Shown one piece after another: positions 19,116 through 29,112 of a stretch of 64,000 nt of DNA. Source of the DNA: Euryarchaeota archaeon UBA552 (GTDB lineage: Archaea > Thermoplasmatota > Poseidoniia > Poseidoniales > Thalassarchaeaceae). The stretch's first letter is position 1, and each line of letters starts with the position of its first letter. Under the pieces are notes generated by a model, which did not search any database, was not told the origin of the DNA, and was given only the letters and a program-made list of their open reading frames with translations. A program made the position numbers and the translations under genes. Location of the stretch: positions 63,789 to 127,788 of the forward strand of contig DAMH01000027.1 in the NCBI GenBank assembly GCA_002499585.1. Direction: 5' to 3'.

Positions 19116-20275
19116 GTATTCCAATTATTGATTTGACTAAGAAAATAAGAGTCGTTGGTACCGCACATATCAGCAGATCTTCAATAGATCTTGTTCAAGA
19201 ACAAATAGAGGATTTCGATCCAGATGTAATTGCAGTGGAACTTTGTGAGTCACGATTGAACTCTCTCCAAAACCCCTCAGCTTTAGATGATGAAGATCTG
19301 TTGTCAATCATAAAGGACGGTAGATCCGGGATGATACTTCTGCAATCCGCCTTGGCAAGTCAGCAAAGACGCATGGGCATTGAGCACGGAGAAAGCCCCG
19401 GGGCTGAATTACTCCGGGCTATCGATCTAGCCATCGAGAATGAAATTCCTGTTGAATTGATTGACCGGGATATCGTGACCACCTTGAAGAGAGCGTGGAA
19501 GAATATGGGTTTCTTTGAGAAATTTAGAGTATTGAACGCATTACTATGGGATGATGAGGCAGAAGAGCCTGAGGACATTGAAGCACTTCTGGAGGATTCT
19601 GATATGTTAACGAAGGTACTGGAGGAAGCTAGGGACGTTGCTCCAAAGGCAGGTTCAGTACTCATAGATGAAAGAGATCAGTACATGGCGAATAAAATTA
19701 GATTGTTATCTGAAAGAGGCCGGGTTTTGGCCGTTGTCGGGGCCGGTCATCTCGCTGGCATCGAACGAGCGTGGAACATTTCGTCCTCAATCGACTCAGA
19801 AGCCCTCATAACCGATTTGGATACCTTGCCAAAAGCCCCCCGCTGGCCGAAAATCACAGTCGGACTGATACCCTTGGTCCTTGTAGGAATAGTAGCTTGG
19901 ATGTGGTATGAAGGAGATCTAGAGGGCATCGGAGACACCATTGGATACTGGATGATAGCAAATGCAGGTCTTGCTGGCTTGGGCGTTGCCTTAGCAGGTG
20001 GGCATCCTCTATCTGTGTTTGTTGGTGCAATTGCTTCCCCTTTCACGTCATTGAATCCCGCACTCGCCGCAGGCTGGTTTGCGGGCTACACGCAATACAA
20101 GATGCAAAGGCCGACAGGTCTTGATGCGTCTGAGTTCCTCGTGGTTGATGACATCAGGGGGCTCTGGAAAAACAGAGTGGGCAGGATTTTGCTCGTAACT
20201 GCTTTTGGGAACCTAGGATCTTCTCTTGGTGCATGGCTGGCAGGTGCTGCCATTGTAGGATCAATCATTGGCTAG
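19112..20275 (+). CDS. TraB-domain (TraB/GumN, pheromone-shutdown-like) membrane protein
   Basis: VGTAHIS, VELCESR, PGAE, LIDERDQYMA, AVVGAGH; C-terminal TMs with SLNPALAAGWFAG. ATGA overlap with the folP stop. Confidence 0.9.
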   Translation: MSIPIIDLTKKIRVVGTAHISRSSIDLVQEQIEDFDPDVIAVELCESRLNSLQNPSALDDEDLLSIIKDGRSGMILLQSALASQQRRMGIEHGESPGAELLRAIDLAIENEIPVELIDRDIVTTLKRAWKNMGFFEKFRVLNALLWDDEAEEPEDIEALLEDSDMLTKVLEEARDVAPKAGSVLIDERDQYMANKIRLLSERGRVLAVVGAGHLAGIERAWNISSSIDSEALITDLDTLPKAPRWPKITVGLIPLVLVGIVAWMWYEGDLEGIGDTIGYWMIANAGLAGLGVALAGGHPLSVFVGAIASPFTSLNPALAAGWFAGYTQYKMQRPTGLDASEFLVVDDIRGLWKNRVGRILLVTAFGNLGSSLGAWLAGAAIVGSIIG

Positions 20276-20532
20276 GATGATTTTGGGTCTGCTTCTAGCC
20301 CCCAGTCCAATTTAGCCCAACCACGCTCATGGAAATAATAGAGTACGATCTTTGTAACCACTTCTAGACTAGCAACCGTTGCAGCCAAACTCGTTGCATC
20401 TGAAAAGGTCATCCCTAGGTCTTCACCGAAATAATTCGCAGCGAAAAAGGTGAGAAGGAATGTATCAGTGGTCGCGATCAATCGCCAGGTGATGGTTTTA
20501 GCGAAACTGCGGAAGGGGGATGCATGATCCAT
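20272..20532 (-). CDS. DUF2061 family small membrane protein
   Basis: RSFAKTITWRLIAT...KIVLYYFHERGW. Confidence 0.85.
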   Translation of the reverse strand: MDHASPFRSFAKTITWRLIATTDTFLLTFFAANYFGEDLGMTFSDATSLAATVASLEVVTKIVLYYFHERGWAKLDWGLEADPKSS

Positions 20533-20570
20533 AGACTACTGTAGTGACGAGGATGATATTTGTGTTTTGG

Positions 20571-21815
20571 CTACATTGACTCGATCACAACGGCTATTCC
20601 TTGCCCGCCTCCGATGCAGGCTGTCGCAACCCCGTAGCCTCCCCCAGACCGTTTTAGTTCAAGACCCAGAGTGAGGAGAAGCCTCGTTCCAGTAGCGGCA
20701 AGTGGATGGCCTAGGCCTACTGCCCCGCCATTGACATTGACTATATCCTCGTTGATCCCGAGGTCCTTGATACAAGCCACTGATTGGCCAGCAAAGGCCT
20801 CGTTGATCTCCCACCTAGAAATGTCATCGATAGTTAGCCCTGCCTTGTTTAATGCCTTTCTGGACGAGGGTACAGGACCATAAGCCATTATCGCCGGCTC
20901 AAGCCCTACAATGCCCCATGATACTATCCTAGCCAATGGCTCATCTCCGTCATCACGGGCTCTGTCAGCAGACTTGACTACAACCGCAGCCGCCCCATCA
21001 ACGATTCCCGAGGCGTTTCCAGCGGTTACTAGTGAGTCAGGTCCGAAGTGAGTTCTCAACTCCGAGAGGGATTGTATGGTTGTTCCTGGCACCACGTGAT
21101 CCTCGTCTTCATGCCCTACCATGCCTTGGGGGGCCTCGATTGGTACAATTTCCTCTTTCCACAATCCCGAGGATATGCTTCTTTCTGTTCTTTGATGGCT
21201 TAGTGCCGCAAACGCATCCGCATTGGCCCTGGAGACCTCCATCCTTCTACAAAGCTCATCGCTAGTTTGTGCCATGAAACTATTCGATACACTATCAAGA
21301 AGGTTGGTAAACAAGTAATCTTCCATATCCCTGTCGAGGTTTTCACCTTGCTTTGGAGGTCTTCCGAGTCTATGTTTCGCACGCGTTCCCCGCAGAACCA
21401 TCGGCGCCTGGCTCAGGTTTTCCATTCCACCTGCGACAACAACTTCGGCCTCTCCCAACAATATCATTTGCGCTGCCGTTACCACACTCTGGGCCCCACT
21501 GCCGCAGAGGCGATTCAAAGTGAGCATGGGTGTTTCTTGTGGTATTCCTGCTCTGAGCCCTGCGTGTCTTGCCCCAAAGATGGCCTGTCCTGATGTTTGA
21601 AGTGCATGTCCCATGACAACATGGTCTACCGTCTTGGGATCAGTGGATGTGTGTTTCAGTGCCCCTTCAATGACCGATGTTCCCAATTCCTCGGCTGACA
21701 CGGATGACAGCAGACCACCTGGTTTGCCATCGCCCCTCTTACCACCAGACCACTCACAAAAAGGCGTCCTCTTCCCGCCTACGATCACAACTTCATCAGC
21801 CATGTCAGTCCGCAT
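20571..21815 (-). CDS. Thiolase (acetyl-CoA C-acyltransferase)
   Basis: NRLCGSG, VTAGNASGIVDGAAA, EINEAF, GHPLAATG, CIGGGQG; the start may be 21803. Confidence 0.95.
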   Translation of the reverse strand: MRTDMADEVVIVGGKRTPFCEWSGGKRGDGKPGGLLSSVSAEELGTSVIEGALKHTSTDPKTVDHVVMGHALQTSGQAIFGARHAGLRAGIPQETPMLTLNRLCGSGAQSVVTAAQMILLGEAEVVVAGGMENLSQAPMVLRGTRAKHRLGRPPKQGENLDRDMEDYLFTNLLDSVSNSFMAQTSDELCRRMEVSRANADAFAALSHQRTERSISSGLWKEEIVPIEAPQGMVGHEDEDHVVPGTTIQSLSELRTHFGPDSLVTAGNASGIVDGAAAVVVKSADRARDDGDEPLARIVSWGIVGLEPAIMAYGPVPSSRKALNKAGLTIDDISRWEINEAFAGQSVACIKDLGINEDIVNVNGGAVGLGHPLAATGTRLLLTLGLELKRSGGGYGVATACIGGGQGIAVVIESM

Positions 21816-21824
21816 GTGTATCGG

Positions 21825-22811
21825 CTACATGAGGATAGCGAGGGCTGTGTATGTGGATACCATGACGAATAGTGTCGAAAAAAGCCCTGCTAATAGAACA
21901 CTGCGGGACAAATTAATGAGTTCATTGGGTCTTATGCCTACTCCGATCAAGACTAAGACGGGCACCATGATTATGCCGCCAATCATCTCAAGGTTGTTTG
22001 ATAGTTCGGACGGAAGTATGAACGTTGCAACCATTGATGCAAGCATAAAACCGGGGAGGAAAAGCGGTATGTTTGGGACACCTAAACCTAATTTCCCGGG
22101 TTTGGTTGATGTTCCCTTCGAGAACAAAGTAGCTGCAGGTACCACAATCAAAAGACCAATTACTCTGGTAAGTTTGGTTCCAGATGCCAGACTCATGGCC
22201 TCACTCCCCAATGCCTCGCCTGCCGCCACAGCCTGGGGAACTGCATGAACAGTTGCCCCAGCCCATATTCCTGCAGCATCGATGTCCATACTCAGCCCGC
22301 GAGAAAGAAGCGGGATTGAAAGGAAAGTCAAGAGACCAAGGAAATTAACAACGGCGACTATAGCACCTGTTTGTTTGTTGGAAAGGTTCAGTGTGGGCGC
22401 GACGGCGAGCACTGCACTCGTACCGCAAATCGCGCCACCCGCCCCAAGTGCAAAGGCTTGGGGTTTTTCGATGCCCAAGATTTTTGAAATCATGAACGTA
22501 GACGCAAATGCCGTGAAAATCGAGGTCAATATCGCAATTAACCCGACAAGACCGACCTCGTCATTGGAAATCCGCTCTATATCTAGGCCAAATCCCAATA
22601 ATACGATGGCTATTGGAAGAAGAATGTTGATACAACTTTTCGTGATCTGCTCTTGATCCCTTTTGATCTTCGAGGAGTAGGATATTCCGAGCAAAAGACC
22701 GATGGTTCCTGCTCCCAACGAGAAGGGTCCAGCCCTGTCTAGTACAAAATCTAAGATTAGAGCCAAGGAGGTTAGCAGTGCAATTGGGAGAAACAGGGAT
22801 AGTCGAGTCAA
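21825..22811 (-). CDS. YeiH-like putative sulfate exporter family transporter
   Basis: AIVLLGF, GGAICGTSAVLA, GATVHAVPQAVAAG, KLTRV; about 10 TMs. Confidence 0.88.
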   Translation of the reverse strand: MTRLSLFLPIALLTSLALILDFVLDRAGPFSLGAGTIGLLLGISYSSKIKRDQEQITKSCINILLPIAIVLLGFGLDIERISNDEVGLVGLIAILTSIFTAFASTFMISKILGIEKPQAFALGAGGAICGTSAVLAVAPTLNLSNKQTGAIVAVVNFLGLLTFLSIPLLSRGLSMDIDAAGIWAGATVHAVPQAVAAGEALGSEAMSLASGTKLTRVIGLLIVVPAATLFSKGTSTKPGKLGLGVPNIPLFLPGFMLASMVATFILPSELSNNLEMIGGIIMVPVLVLIGVGIRPNELINLSRSVLLAGLFSTLFVMVSTYTALAILM

Positions 22812-22827
22812 CGACTCACCATTTCTC

Positions 22828-24306
22828 TCACTGGTCTTCTTCTGCAGTCATCGTGCCGAGGTACTGCGGAAGGTCCACACCTGCGTTCTTGGCAACGTCA
22901 TGCAATGGCGGCAGGCTCTTGACGAGGCTGCTGATGAAGTCCGAGGTGGCAGAGCCATCTTGGCTTCCACCGCCATCCCAGACAGTAATGCTGTCGATCT
23001 TCAAGTTCTTTATTGCCTCTACCTGGGCAGAAACCATTGCTTCTATTTTCTCCACCATTAACAGTGTTGCTGCGGCTTTTGCGTCGCCGCCTGCGCTCTT
23101 AACGAGATTTGCATACCCGGTCGCCTTTGCCTCTAGGACCTTCTGGACACCGGCTGCTTCCGCCTCATACTGCATTAGGACGGCGTCAGCTTGACCAGAA
23201 GCGATTCTACGTTGCCTCTCGGCTTCAGCCTCTGCTGCTATCTCTATCTGCTGCTTCTGGATATTCTCTCTTACAATATCGCTTGCACGGAGCCTTTCCT
23301 CCTCTTCGACGTACCTTGACTTCTGGATTTCAGCCTCTGCCTGTGCCTTTGCGATTTCTGCCCTTTGTTTGGCGATGGCCTCTGCTTCGGCGAGATCAGC
23401 ATTGACCTTTGCTATTTGGGCTTGGGATGAGTTTTCACCTTCAACGGCTATGGCTTCCTGCTCATTTACGTATACACGTTGGTCTGCTTCTGCCGCCTTC
23501 TTTCCCTTTTCGGCCTGAGCTTGGTTCTCTGCAACCTGAATCTCTCTCGCCCTGTCAGCCTCTGCAGAACCTACGGCCCCATCCCTCTCAGCATTCGCTA
23601 CGTCTACGCGGGCTCTCTCTACCGCCTCAGATGCAGCTTTCTTACCAATGCTCTCGATGTAGTTTGACTCATCAGTGATATCAACAATGTTGACGTTGAT
23701 GAGGTAAAGACCGACTTTGTTCAGCTCGGCATCGACATTAGTCCGGATTAGGTCAAGGAATGCATCACGGTCTTGGTTGATCTGTTCGATCGTGAGCGTG
23801 GCGACAGTTAGCCTTAGTTGGCCAAAAATGATTTCTTTTGCCATTTCCTCAACCTGGTCCAGGTTCAGTTCAAGCAACCTTTCTGCTGCTGAGCTCATGA
23901 TCCTTGGGTCAGTGGATACACCTATTGTGAACGTGCTTGGGACGTTGATCCTGATGTTCTGTTGTGAAAGAGCGTTTCGCATGTCGATGTTGATCGTCAT
24001 AGGCGTCAAGGAGATGTAACTGTAGTCCTGTATTAACGGCCAGACAAGGGTCGCACCCCCATGGATAACCTTCGATGCCTCGGACCCGGCGGTCCTACCG
24101 TAGATCACCATGATTTTATCGGGAGGGCACCGCTTGTACCTCTGAGCGAAGAAGATAACGACCGCAACTAGGAGAAGGATGCTTACGAACATCAGGACTC
24201 CGACTGCAGCGGCTGGACTAGAATCATCATCTTGGGCAGAAGCGATTGGAACCAGCATGAGGGCGTTCAGTATCGTGAACAGGGCTACGCGGCCACGAAG
24301 GGACAT
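22828..24306 (-). CDS. Flotillin-like SPFH-domain protein
   Basis: RYKRCPPDKIMVIYG, SPFH core (GQLRLTVATLTIEQIN.DR), AE-rich coiled coil. Start 24306 chosen for its signal peptide and upstream TTCATAT box; the ORF track starts at 24375. Confidence 0.92.
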   Translation of the reverse strand: MSLRGRVALFTILNALMLVPIASAQDDDSSPAAAVGVLMFVSILLLVAVVIFFAQRYKRCPPDKIMVIYGRTAGSEASKVIHGGATLVWPLIQDYSYISLTPMTINIDMRNALSQQNIRINVPSTFTIGVSTDPRIMSSAAERLLELNLDQVEEMAKEIIFGQLRLTVATLTIEQINQDRDAFLDLIRTNVDAELNKVGLYLINVNIVDITDESNYIESIGKKAASEAVERARVDVANAERDGAVGSAEADRAREIQVAENQAQAEKGKKAAEADQRVYVNEQEAIAVEGENSSQAQIAKVNADLAEAEAIAKQRAEIAKAQAEAEIQKSRYVEEEERLRASDIVRENIQKQQIEIAAEAEAERQRRIASGQADAVLMQYEAEAAGVQKVLEAKATGYANLVKSAGGDAKAAATLLMVEKIEAMVSAQVEAIKNLKIDSITVWDGGGSQDGSATSDFISSLVKSLPPLHDVAKNAGVDLPQYLGTMTAEEDQ

Positions 24307-24371
24307 GATGTACCCTAGGCGGGGATGGATATGAAGCCTCTGCCGGCATTGCGTGGTTTGATGGTGGAACT

Positions 24372-24980
24372 TCATTCTTCCTCGGGGGCATAAACTACGG
24401 GTTCGACCATCAACAGAGTCCCCACAACTGCCCTTACCCTCACTGTTTCCTCATTGGGAATCATTGTACCATCAACCGACTTAGCGTCATATTGCCTGAG
24501 TGATCCCTTGATACTGACTGATACCTGGCCCGTCCCTCCTTCAGGTATCCTGAGGTAGACCGTTCCACTTTGTCCGACCGCGTCATCGATCTCAATGGTG
24601 CCCTCTGCTTGAAGTGCGATGAAAAATTGGAATACTTTTCCCGTGGCAACCATGGACGCGCCCCCCGAGAGTCCGCCGACGATTATGGCCAATACCTCCG
24701 GCCCCCCGGACTGCATCACTATTATCCCAGTCAAACCGAAGAACATCATGAACGCCATAACTCCTTGGAACGTCAAGGCCTTGAATGAAGCATCGGCGCC
24801 CATGGCATCTATGTCGACACCGAATACTCCTTCGGCAATGTCGCCTATACCCCCAAGGACCACGACTAACACGAGCCACAACAGGAATAGCACTCCTCCG
24901 ATTATCGCAGATGCACCGAACATCAATTCTATGCCCGTGGCATCCAACAGCCCGAATATGAAGTCTATAATTCCAACCAT
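24372..24980 (-). CDS. NfeD-like partner of flotillin
   Basis: Hydrophobic N-terminal half plus C-terminal OB fold (GTVYLRIP...GQVSV...YDAKS); typical neighbour of flotillin genes. Confidence 0.88.
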   Translation of the reverse strand: MVGIIDFIFGLLDATGIELMFGASAIIGGVLFLLWLVLVVVLGGIGDIAEGVFGVDIDAMGADASFKALTFQGVMAFMMFFGLTGIIVMQSGGPEVLAIIVGGLSGGASMVATGKVFQFFIALQAEGTIEIDDAVGQSGTVYLRIPEGGTGQVSVSIKGSLRQYDAKSVDGTMIPNEETVRVRAVVGTLLMVEPVVYAPEEE

Positions 24981-25022
24981 GTTACCTCCAGCAAGGATCG
25001 ACAGATAGTGCTGTCGATTGTT

Positions 25023-25280
25023 TCACTGGCGTTTTATCCACAATCCATACATCTTCTCTAACGTGAGTATTGGACCAACGCTTAGACCCGTAAGGAGGGC
25101 TGAGGCCACAATCGAAATTCCGTGTTCGAACCAAGTAGTCATGAGGGAATATGATGAAAGGCAAATACCCATCAAGAGTAATGGTATCATCACCCTGCGG
25201 AAAAAAATGTAATACCCGCCCAATCCATCAAACGCGGGATTCTCAGTCACCTGATCAATGATTTCCGATGCCCTCGACAA
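25023..25280 (-). CDS. Hypothetical small membrane protein
   Basis: 85-aa ORF with two hydrophobic helices, in a co-oriented run. Confidence 0.6.
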   Translation of the reverse strand: MSRASEIIDQVTENPAFDGLGGYYIFFRRVMIPLLLMGICLSSYSLMTTWFEHGISIVASALLTGLSVGPILTLEKMYGLWIKRQ

Positions 25281-25292
25281 GGAGTGATCACC

Positions 25293-25640
25293 TCAAAAAA
25301 TAATTTTCCTGATTACTTCTACTCCGCCGATCGCGAGGAGCATTATGGGTACAGACCACCAGCCCGCCTTCCTGACAGTTGTTCGGTCATCAACTCTTGT
25401 GAGCTTGCCCTGACTATCATTTTCGAGTCTAGTCTTCTCCAGCTTGGAGTAGGAGCTGTCGAATTCCTTCTGGTACTTGCCAACGGAAGTTAGGAAGTAG
25501 ATAGCAAGAACTGCAGTGGCCCCCCCGGTCACTCCGAATATGTTGCCAGCCACATCTATGGCCTGGTCCTCCAAGTATTGCCACAACATCAACTGGGCAA
25601 TGGCCATGAGGCCGATCATGATGGAGTCCGTGCGGGCCAT
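25293..25640 (-). CDS. Hypothetical membrane protein
   Basis: 115-aa ORF with three hydrophobic segments. Confidence 0.6.
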   Translation of the reverse strand: MARTDSIMIGLMAIAQLMLWQYLEDQAIDVAGNIFGVTGGATAVLAIYFLTSVGKYQKEFDSSYSKLEKTRLENDSQGKLTRVDDRTTVRKAGWWSVPIMLLAIGGVEVIRKIIF

Positions 25641-25681
25641 GTTGCTTTACAGAAGGCACTACTCATGAATTCTTGCCCTAA

Positions 25682-26128
25682 TTATCTCATCTTTAGATGG
25701 TCGGGCCTACCAGGCCATATGGCCCAAGTCCCCCTGGCCATAGCGACGATATCCAAGTTCTGATCAAGAATTTCACCCTTGACATGGGCTATTGTTCGCC
25801 CTCTTCTCATTACCTCAGCTTGACATGTCAACTCACTCCCCAGATGAGCTGCATTCAGGTAGGACAAGTCCAATTGCACTGTCGCGCACCATTCTTCCTC
25901 GTCGAGGCATGAAACCACGGCACCGCCCATAGCAGTGTCAAGAAGTGTTGCGTGTAAGCCGCCATGGGCTACTCCCCCCTTATTCAAGTGAAAAACTTCT
26001 ATTGTGGCCTTTACCACACACCGTCCATCCCGCATGTAGTCGAGAGTGATGCCCAACCTTTCTTGCAATGGTCCAATGTGTGGTTTCGAGGATGATCCCG
26101 ATCCCATATTTTCTAACCTCCGAGACAT
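25682..26128 (-). CDS. PaaI family thioesterase
   Basis: HLNKGGVAHGGLHATLLDTAMG hot-dog motif. Confidence 0.92.
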   Translation of the reverse strand: MSRRLENMGSGSSSKPHIGPLQERLGITLDYMRDGRCVVKATIEVFHLNKGGVAHGGLHATLLDTAMGGAVVSCLDEEEWCATVQLDLSYLNAAHLGSELTCQAEVMRRGRTIAHVKGEILDQNLDIVAMARGTWAIWPGRPDHLKMR

Positions 26129-26140
26129 CTAACAAGGCCT

Positions 26141-27922
26141 TCAAGCCGCCCCTGTTTGGACTTTCCACAGGCGGCTGTACAAACCTGAGGATTTTACCAA
26201 TTCTGAATGTGAGCCCATCTCTGAGATTTCTCCTGCATCCAAGACTGCGATTCGAGTCGCGTTTCTGACGGTTGACAAACGGTGCGCTATGATTATCGTT
26301 GTTCGATTGAGTGATAGTTTCTCAATGGACCTCTGTAGTGCAGCCTCAGTTTCGTTATCCACATTGCTCGTCGCCTCGTCCAATACCAATATGGGAGCGT
26401 CTTTTAGGACCGCCCTAGCTATGGCTAGTCTCTGTCTCTGTCCACCTGACAACCTATGACCATCCTCTCCTACCTCTGTGTCCCACCCATCAGGGAGATT
26501 ATGAATAAAATCCATTGCCTCGGCAACTTCAGCCGAGTTCATAACCTCCTCATCCGTCGCGTCCGGCCTACCGTACAAGATGTTGTCTTTCACTGATCCC
26601 GGAAACAGTGTTGTATTCTGAGAGACCAAAGCAATGGATCCTCTGAGACAGTCCAGCTTGAGTTCACTGACGTCGATTCCGTCAAGCATAACCTTCCCTG
26701 AGAGCGGATCATTGAGCCTCATTAAGAGGTTCATCAATGTGGTTTTTCCAGCGCCTGTGGAGCCGACTATTCCCAGCGTCTCACCCGACTTGATTTTCAG
26801 AGTAAGGCCGGTGTAGACCGGTTCACGCGAGGGGTAGGCGAAAGCCACGTCACGAAATTCAATATCTCCTTTAACCGAATCAATTGTTCGGTCACCTTCT
26901 ACGATTCCTATATCCGTATCCAGCAAATCCAGAACCCGGGTGGTGGACGCCATAGCTCGCTGATACAGGTCGAAAGTTTGGCCAAGACGAGTGAGGGGCC
27001 ACAGGAGTCTTTGGGTGATGAAGACGATCACGCTGTATGCCCCGATAGACAGTTTTCCGTCCAGAGCCATCCAACCCCCGACTAGCATATTTGCAGTGAA
27101 TGCGAACAATATCGCCATCCGGATCAATGGGACAAAGGATGCAGATAGCCTAATCGCGGACTTATTGGCTTCAAGATACGTTACAGAAGCCTCCTTCACT
27201 CTGGCTACCTCCCGTTCCTCTGCCGTGAAGGATTTTATTGTTGTAATTCCGCTAAGGTTATTGTTAAGCAGCGAATTTAGATCCGCGACTTCCTCTCTGA
27301 CCCGGGTATATTTCTCACCTATCCTCCTCTGGAATATGAATGACCCTATGACAATTATCGGAACTGGAATAACAGCCAAGATAGCAACTTCTGGTGCTAT
27401 CATAAACATTATTGCGCCCACTACTATCACAGTGGTCGCTACTTGGAGGAGATCAGTTGCACCCTGGTCCAGGAACCTTTCAAGTTGATTAACATCATCA
27501 TTCATGATAGCCATTAGGCCGCCGGTGGTTTGTTGGGAGAACCATCGCATCTCCAAATCCTGTATGTGTGTGTAAGCCGACATTCTCAGTTCATGTTGAG
27601 CCGCTTGGGCTAGGTTACGCCAAAGAACTGCGTAGAAGTATTCGAAAAGCGACTCTAATATCCAAACTACAACAGTAAGGCTGACTAGGATGTAGAACTG
27701 TTCGCGAGGATTGGCCCAACCTAAGTCTCCGAGGAACGATTCCTCTCTGAGAGCGACGACATCGACAGCCATTCCAATTAGAACAGGGGGCGCAAGATCC
27801 CAAAATTTGTTCATCACTGAGCAGACTGATGCCAGAATAATTCTTCCCCGATGGGACCTCAGTTGCGACATGAGTCTGAACAATGGATGGCGAGGTTGCT
27901 GCACACTTGGTCCGTACAGCAA
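26141..27922 (-). CDS. ABC exporter, fused permease/ATPase (MdlB-like)
   Basis: Six-TM domain, GSTGAGKT, LSGGQRQR, ILVLDEATS, IAHRLST. Confidence 0.95.
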   Translation of the reverse strand: MLYGPSVQQPRHPLFRLMSQLRSHRGRIILASVCSVMNKFWDLAPPVLIGMAVDVVALREESFLGDLGWANPREQFYILVSLTVVVWILESLFEYFYAVLWRNLAQAAQHELRMSAYTHIQDLEMRWFSQQTTGGLMAIMNDDVNQLERFLDQGATDLLQVATTVIVVGAIMFMIAPEVAILAVIPVPIIVIGSFIFQRRIGEKYTRVREEVADLNSLLNNNLSGITTIKSFTAEEREVARVKEASVTYLEANKSAIRLSASFVPLIRMAILFAFTANMLVGGWMALDGKLSIGAYSVIVFITQRLLWPLTRLGQTFDLYQRAMASTTRVLDLLDTDIGIVEGDRTIDSVKGDIEFRDVAFAYPSREPVYTGLTLKIKSGETLGIVGSTGAGKTTLMNLLMRLNDPLSGKVMLDGIDVSELKLDCLRGSIALVSQNTTLFPGSVKDNILYGRPDATDEEVMNSAEVAEAMDFIHNLPDGWDTEVGEDGHRLSGGQRQRLAIARAVLKDAPILVLDEATSNVDNETEAALQRSIEKLSLNRTTIIIAHRLSTVRNATRIAVLDAGEISEMGSHSELVKSSGLYSRLWKVQTGAA

Positions 27923-27962
27923 GTGTTACATTGCTATTTTGGCTAAACAAGCCTTAGATCTT

Positions 27963-29024
27963 TCACTGGAAGACAGTTCCAGCCCATGCCTCTGCCCACA
28001 AGTCCCAAATCCCTGCACCGATGGTGCCTTCAGCATCCGTCCTGAGTGTGACACGGTCCCCTGATGATAGGAGGCCATCCCCATTGGAGTCGTACCACTC
28101 CATGTCCCACCATGAGCCTCGGTCATCTGTTATGTTCATCGGACCCTCGCTCAGAAGGAAGGAAACTCCCGGGACTAGCGTCTCGTTATTGGTGATAAGT
28201 CCGATAATTTCTATCTCATCTGGTCGAACTTCCAGAATAAATCCTGGCGGCACTACAGTCGTCCATTCCGTCACATTTCCAATCAAATAGGGCTGGGGTG
28301 GAAAGACAATCGATGTTGGAATCCTAGGAATGTCATCTCTCACTTCAATGGCGACACCCTCTCCCAATTCTATGTCCAGTCGGAACGAACTGCTAACTTC
28401 CAAGTCATACATTTGGACTCCTATGATTGCTGGTGGATCACCTGATAGCTCCAAGATAACTGAAATTTCCTCATTTTCAGATGTTGCGATTTGTTGAGTA
28501 GAGGTCGGATCAGCCGTGATTGTCCAGTCCATCCCCGAGAAAACCGATGGATCGAAACCAAACGGAGGATAGGTGCCGAGCGGGTCTGCATTCGACTGCA
28601 GGGCGAGCAGGACGAACGGGTCTACATATTCCGGGGATGCGTCTCTCCCCTGAAACCATGCAGACCCAACCCTGATGTTCGTTTTATTTCCAGCGACGAC
28701 CTCGCTGGTGTCCAGTTGCGTCCCCTGCATGCTGATTGCCATACTGATCTGAGATCTCTCGAGGACATCGTCTTTAGCTACGTTCCACCTAATGGAACCC
28801 TGCTGGCCATCTGTACTGGAGTACACCTCTGTGAGAGTTGTGATTCTCAATCGATCGTTGTCTTCTGAGAGAGTTAGGACGTCCAAAGCCCCGGGATTAG
28901 ATAGAATGTCATTCAAACCCTCAGAATCTAGTTTCCAACACTCAATCTCGCATTCTTGTTGATTAGTAAGACATCCGCAAACGAGTGAAGCGAGGACTAT
29001 TCCAGTCAACAACACCGCGCGCAT
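27963..29024 (-). CDS. Hypothetical secreted lipoprotein
   Basis: Signal peptide ending LVCGC; acidic body; DSNGDG calcium-loop-like motif near the C-terminus. Confidence 0.75.
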   Translation of the reverse strand: MRAVLLTGIVLASLVCGCLTNQQECEIECWKLDSEGLNDILSNPGALDVLTLSEDNDRLRITTLTEVYSSTDGQQGSIRWNVAKDDVLERSQISMAISMQGTQLDTSEVVAGNKTNIRVGSAWFQGRDASPEYVDPFVLLALQSNADPLGTYPPFGFDPSVFSGMDWTITADPTSTQQIATSENEEISVILELSGDPPAIIGVQMYDLEVSSSFRLDIELGEGVAIEVRDDIPRIPTSIVFPPQPYLIGNVTEWTTVVPPGFILEVRPDEIEIIGLITNNETLVPGVSFLLSEGPMNITDDRGSWWDMEWYDSNGDGLLSSGDRVTLRTDAEGTIGAGIWDLWAEAWAGTVFQ

Positions 29025-29112
29025 GTTACATCCAACAGGGATTCGATCAAGAGTGTTCTGAATGGGCGTTCGTTTGATATCATGCAGTCATTTCGCCAGA
29101 GTCGGGATTGGC

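Noticed and set aside
21613-22656. Plus-strand ORFs of 211 and 124 aa
   Set aside because: Antisense shadows of the thiolase and YeiH genes; no motifs.
26991-27488. 165-aa plus-strand ORF
   Set aside because: Antisense shadow of the ABC exporter.
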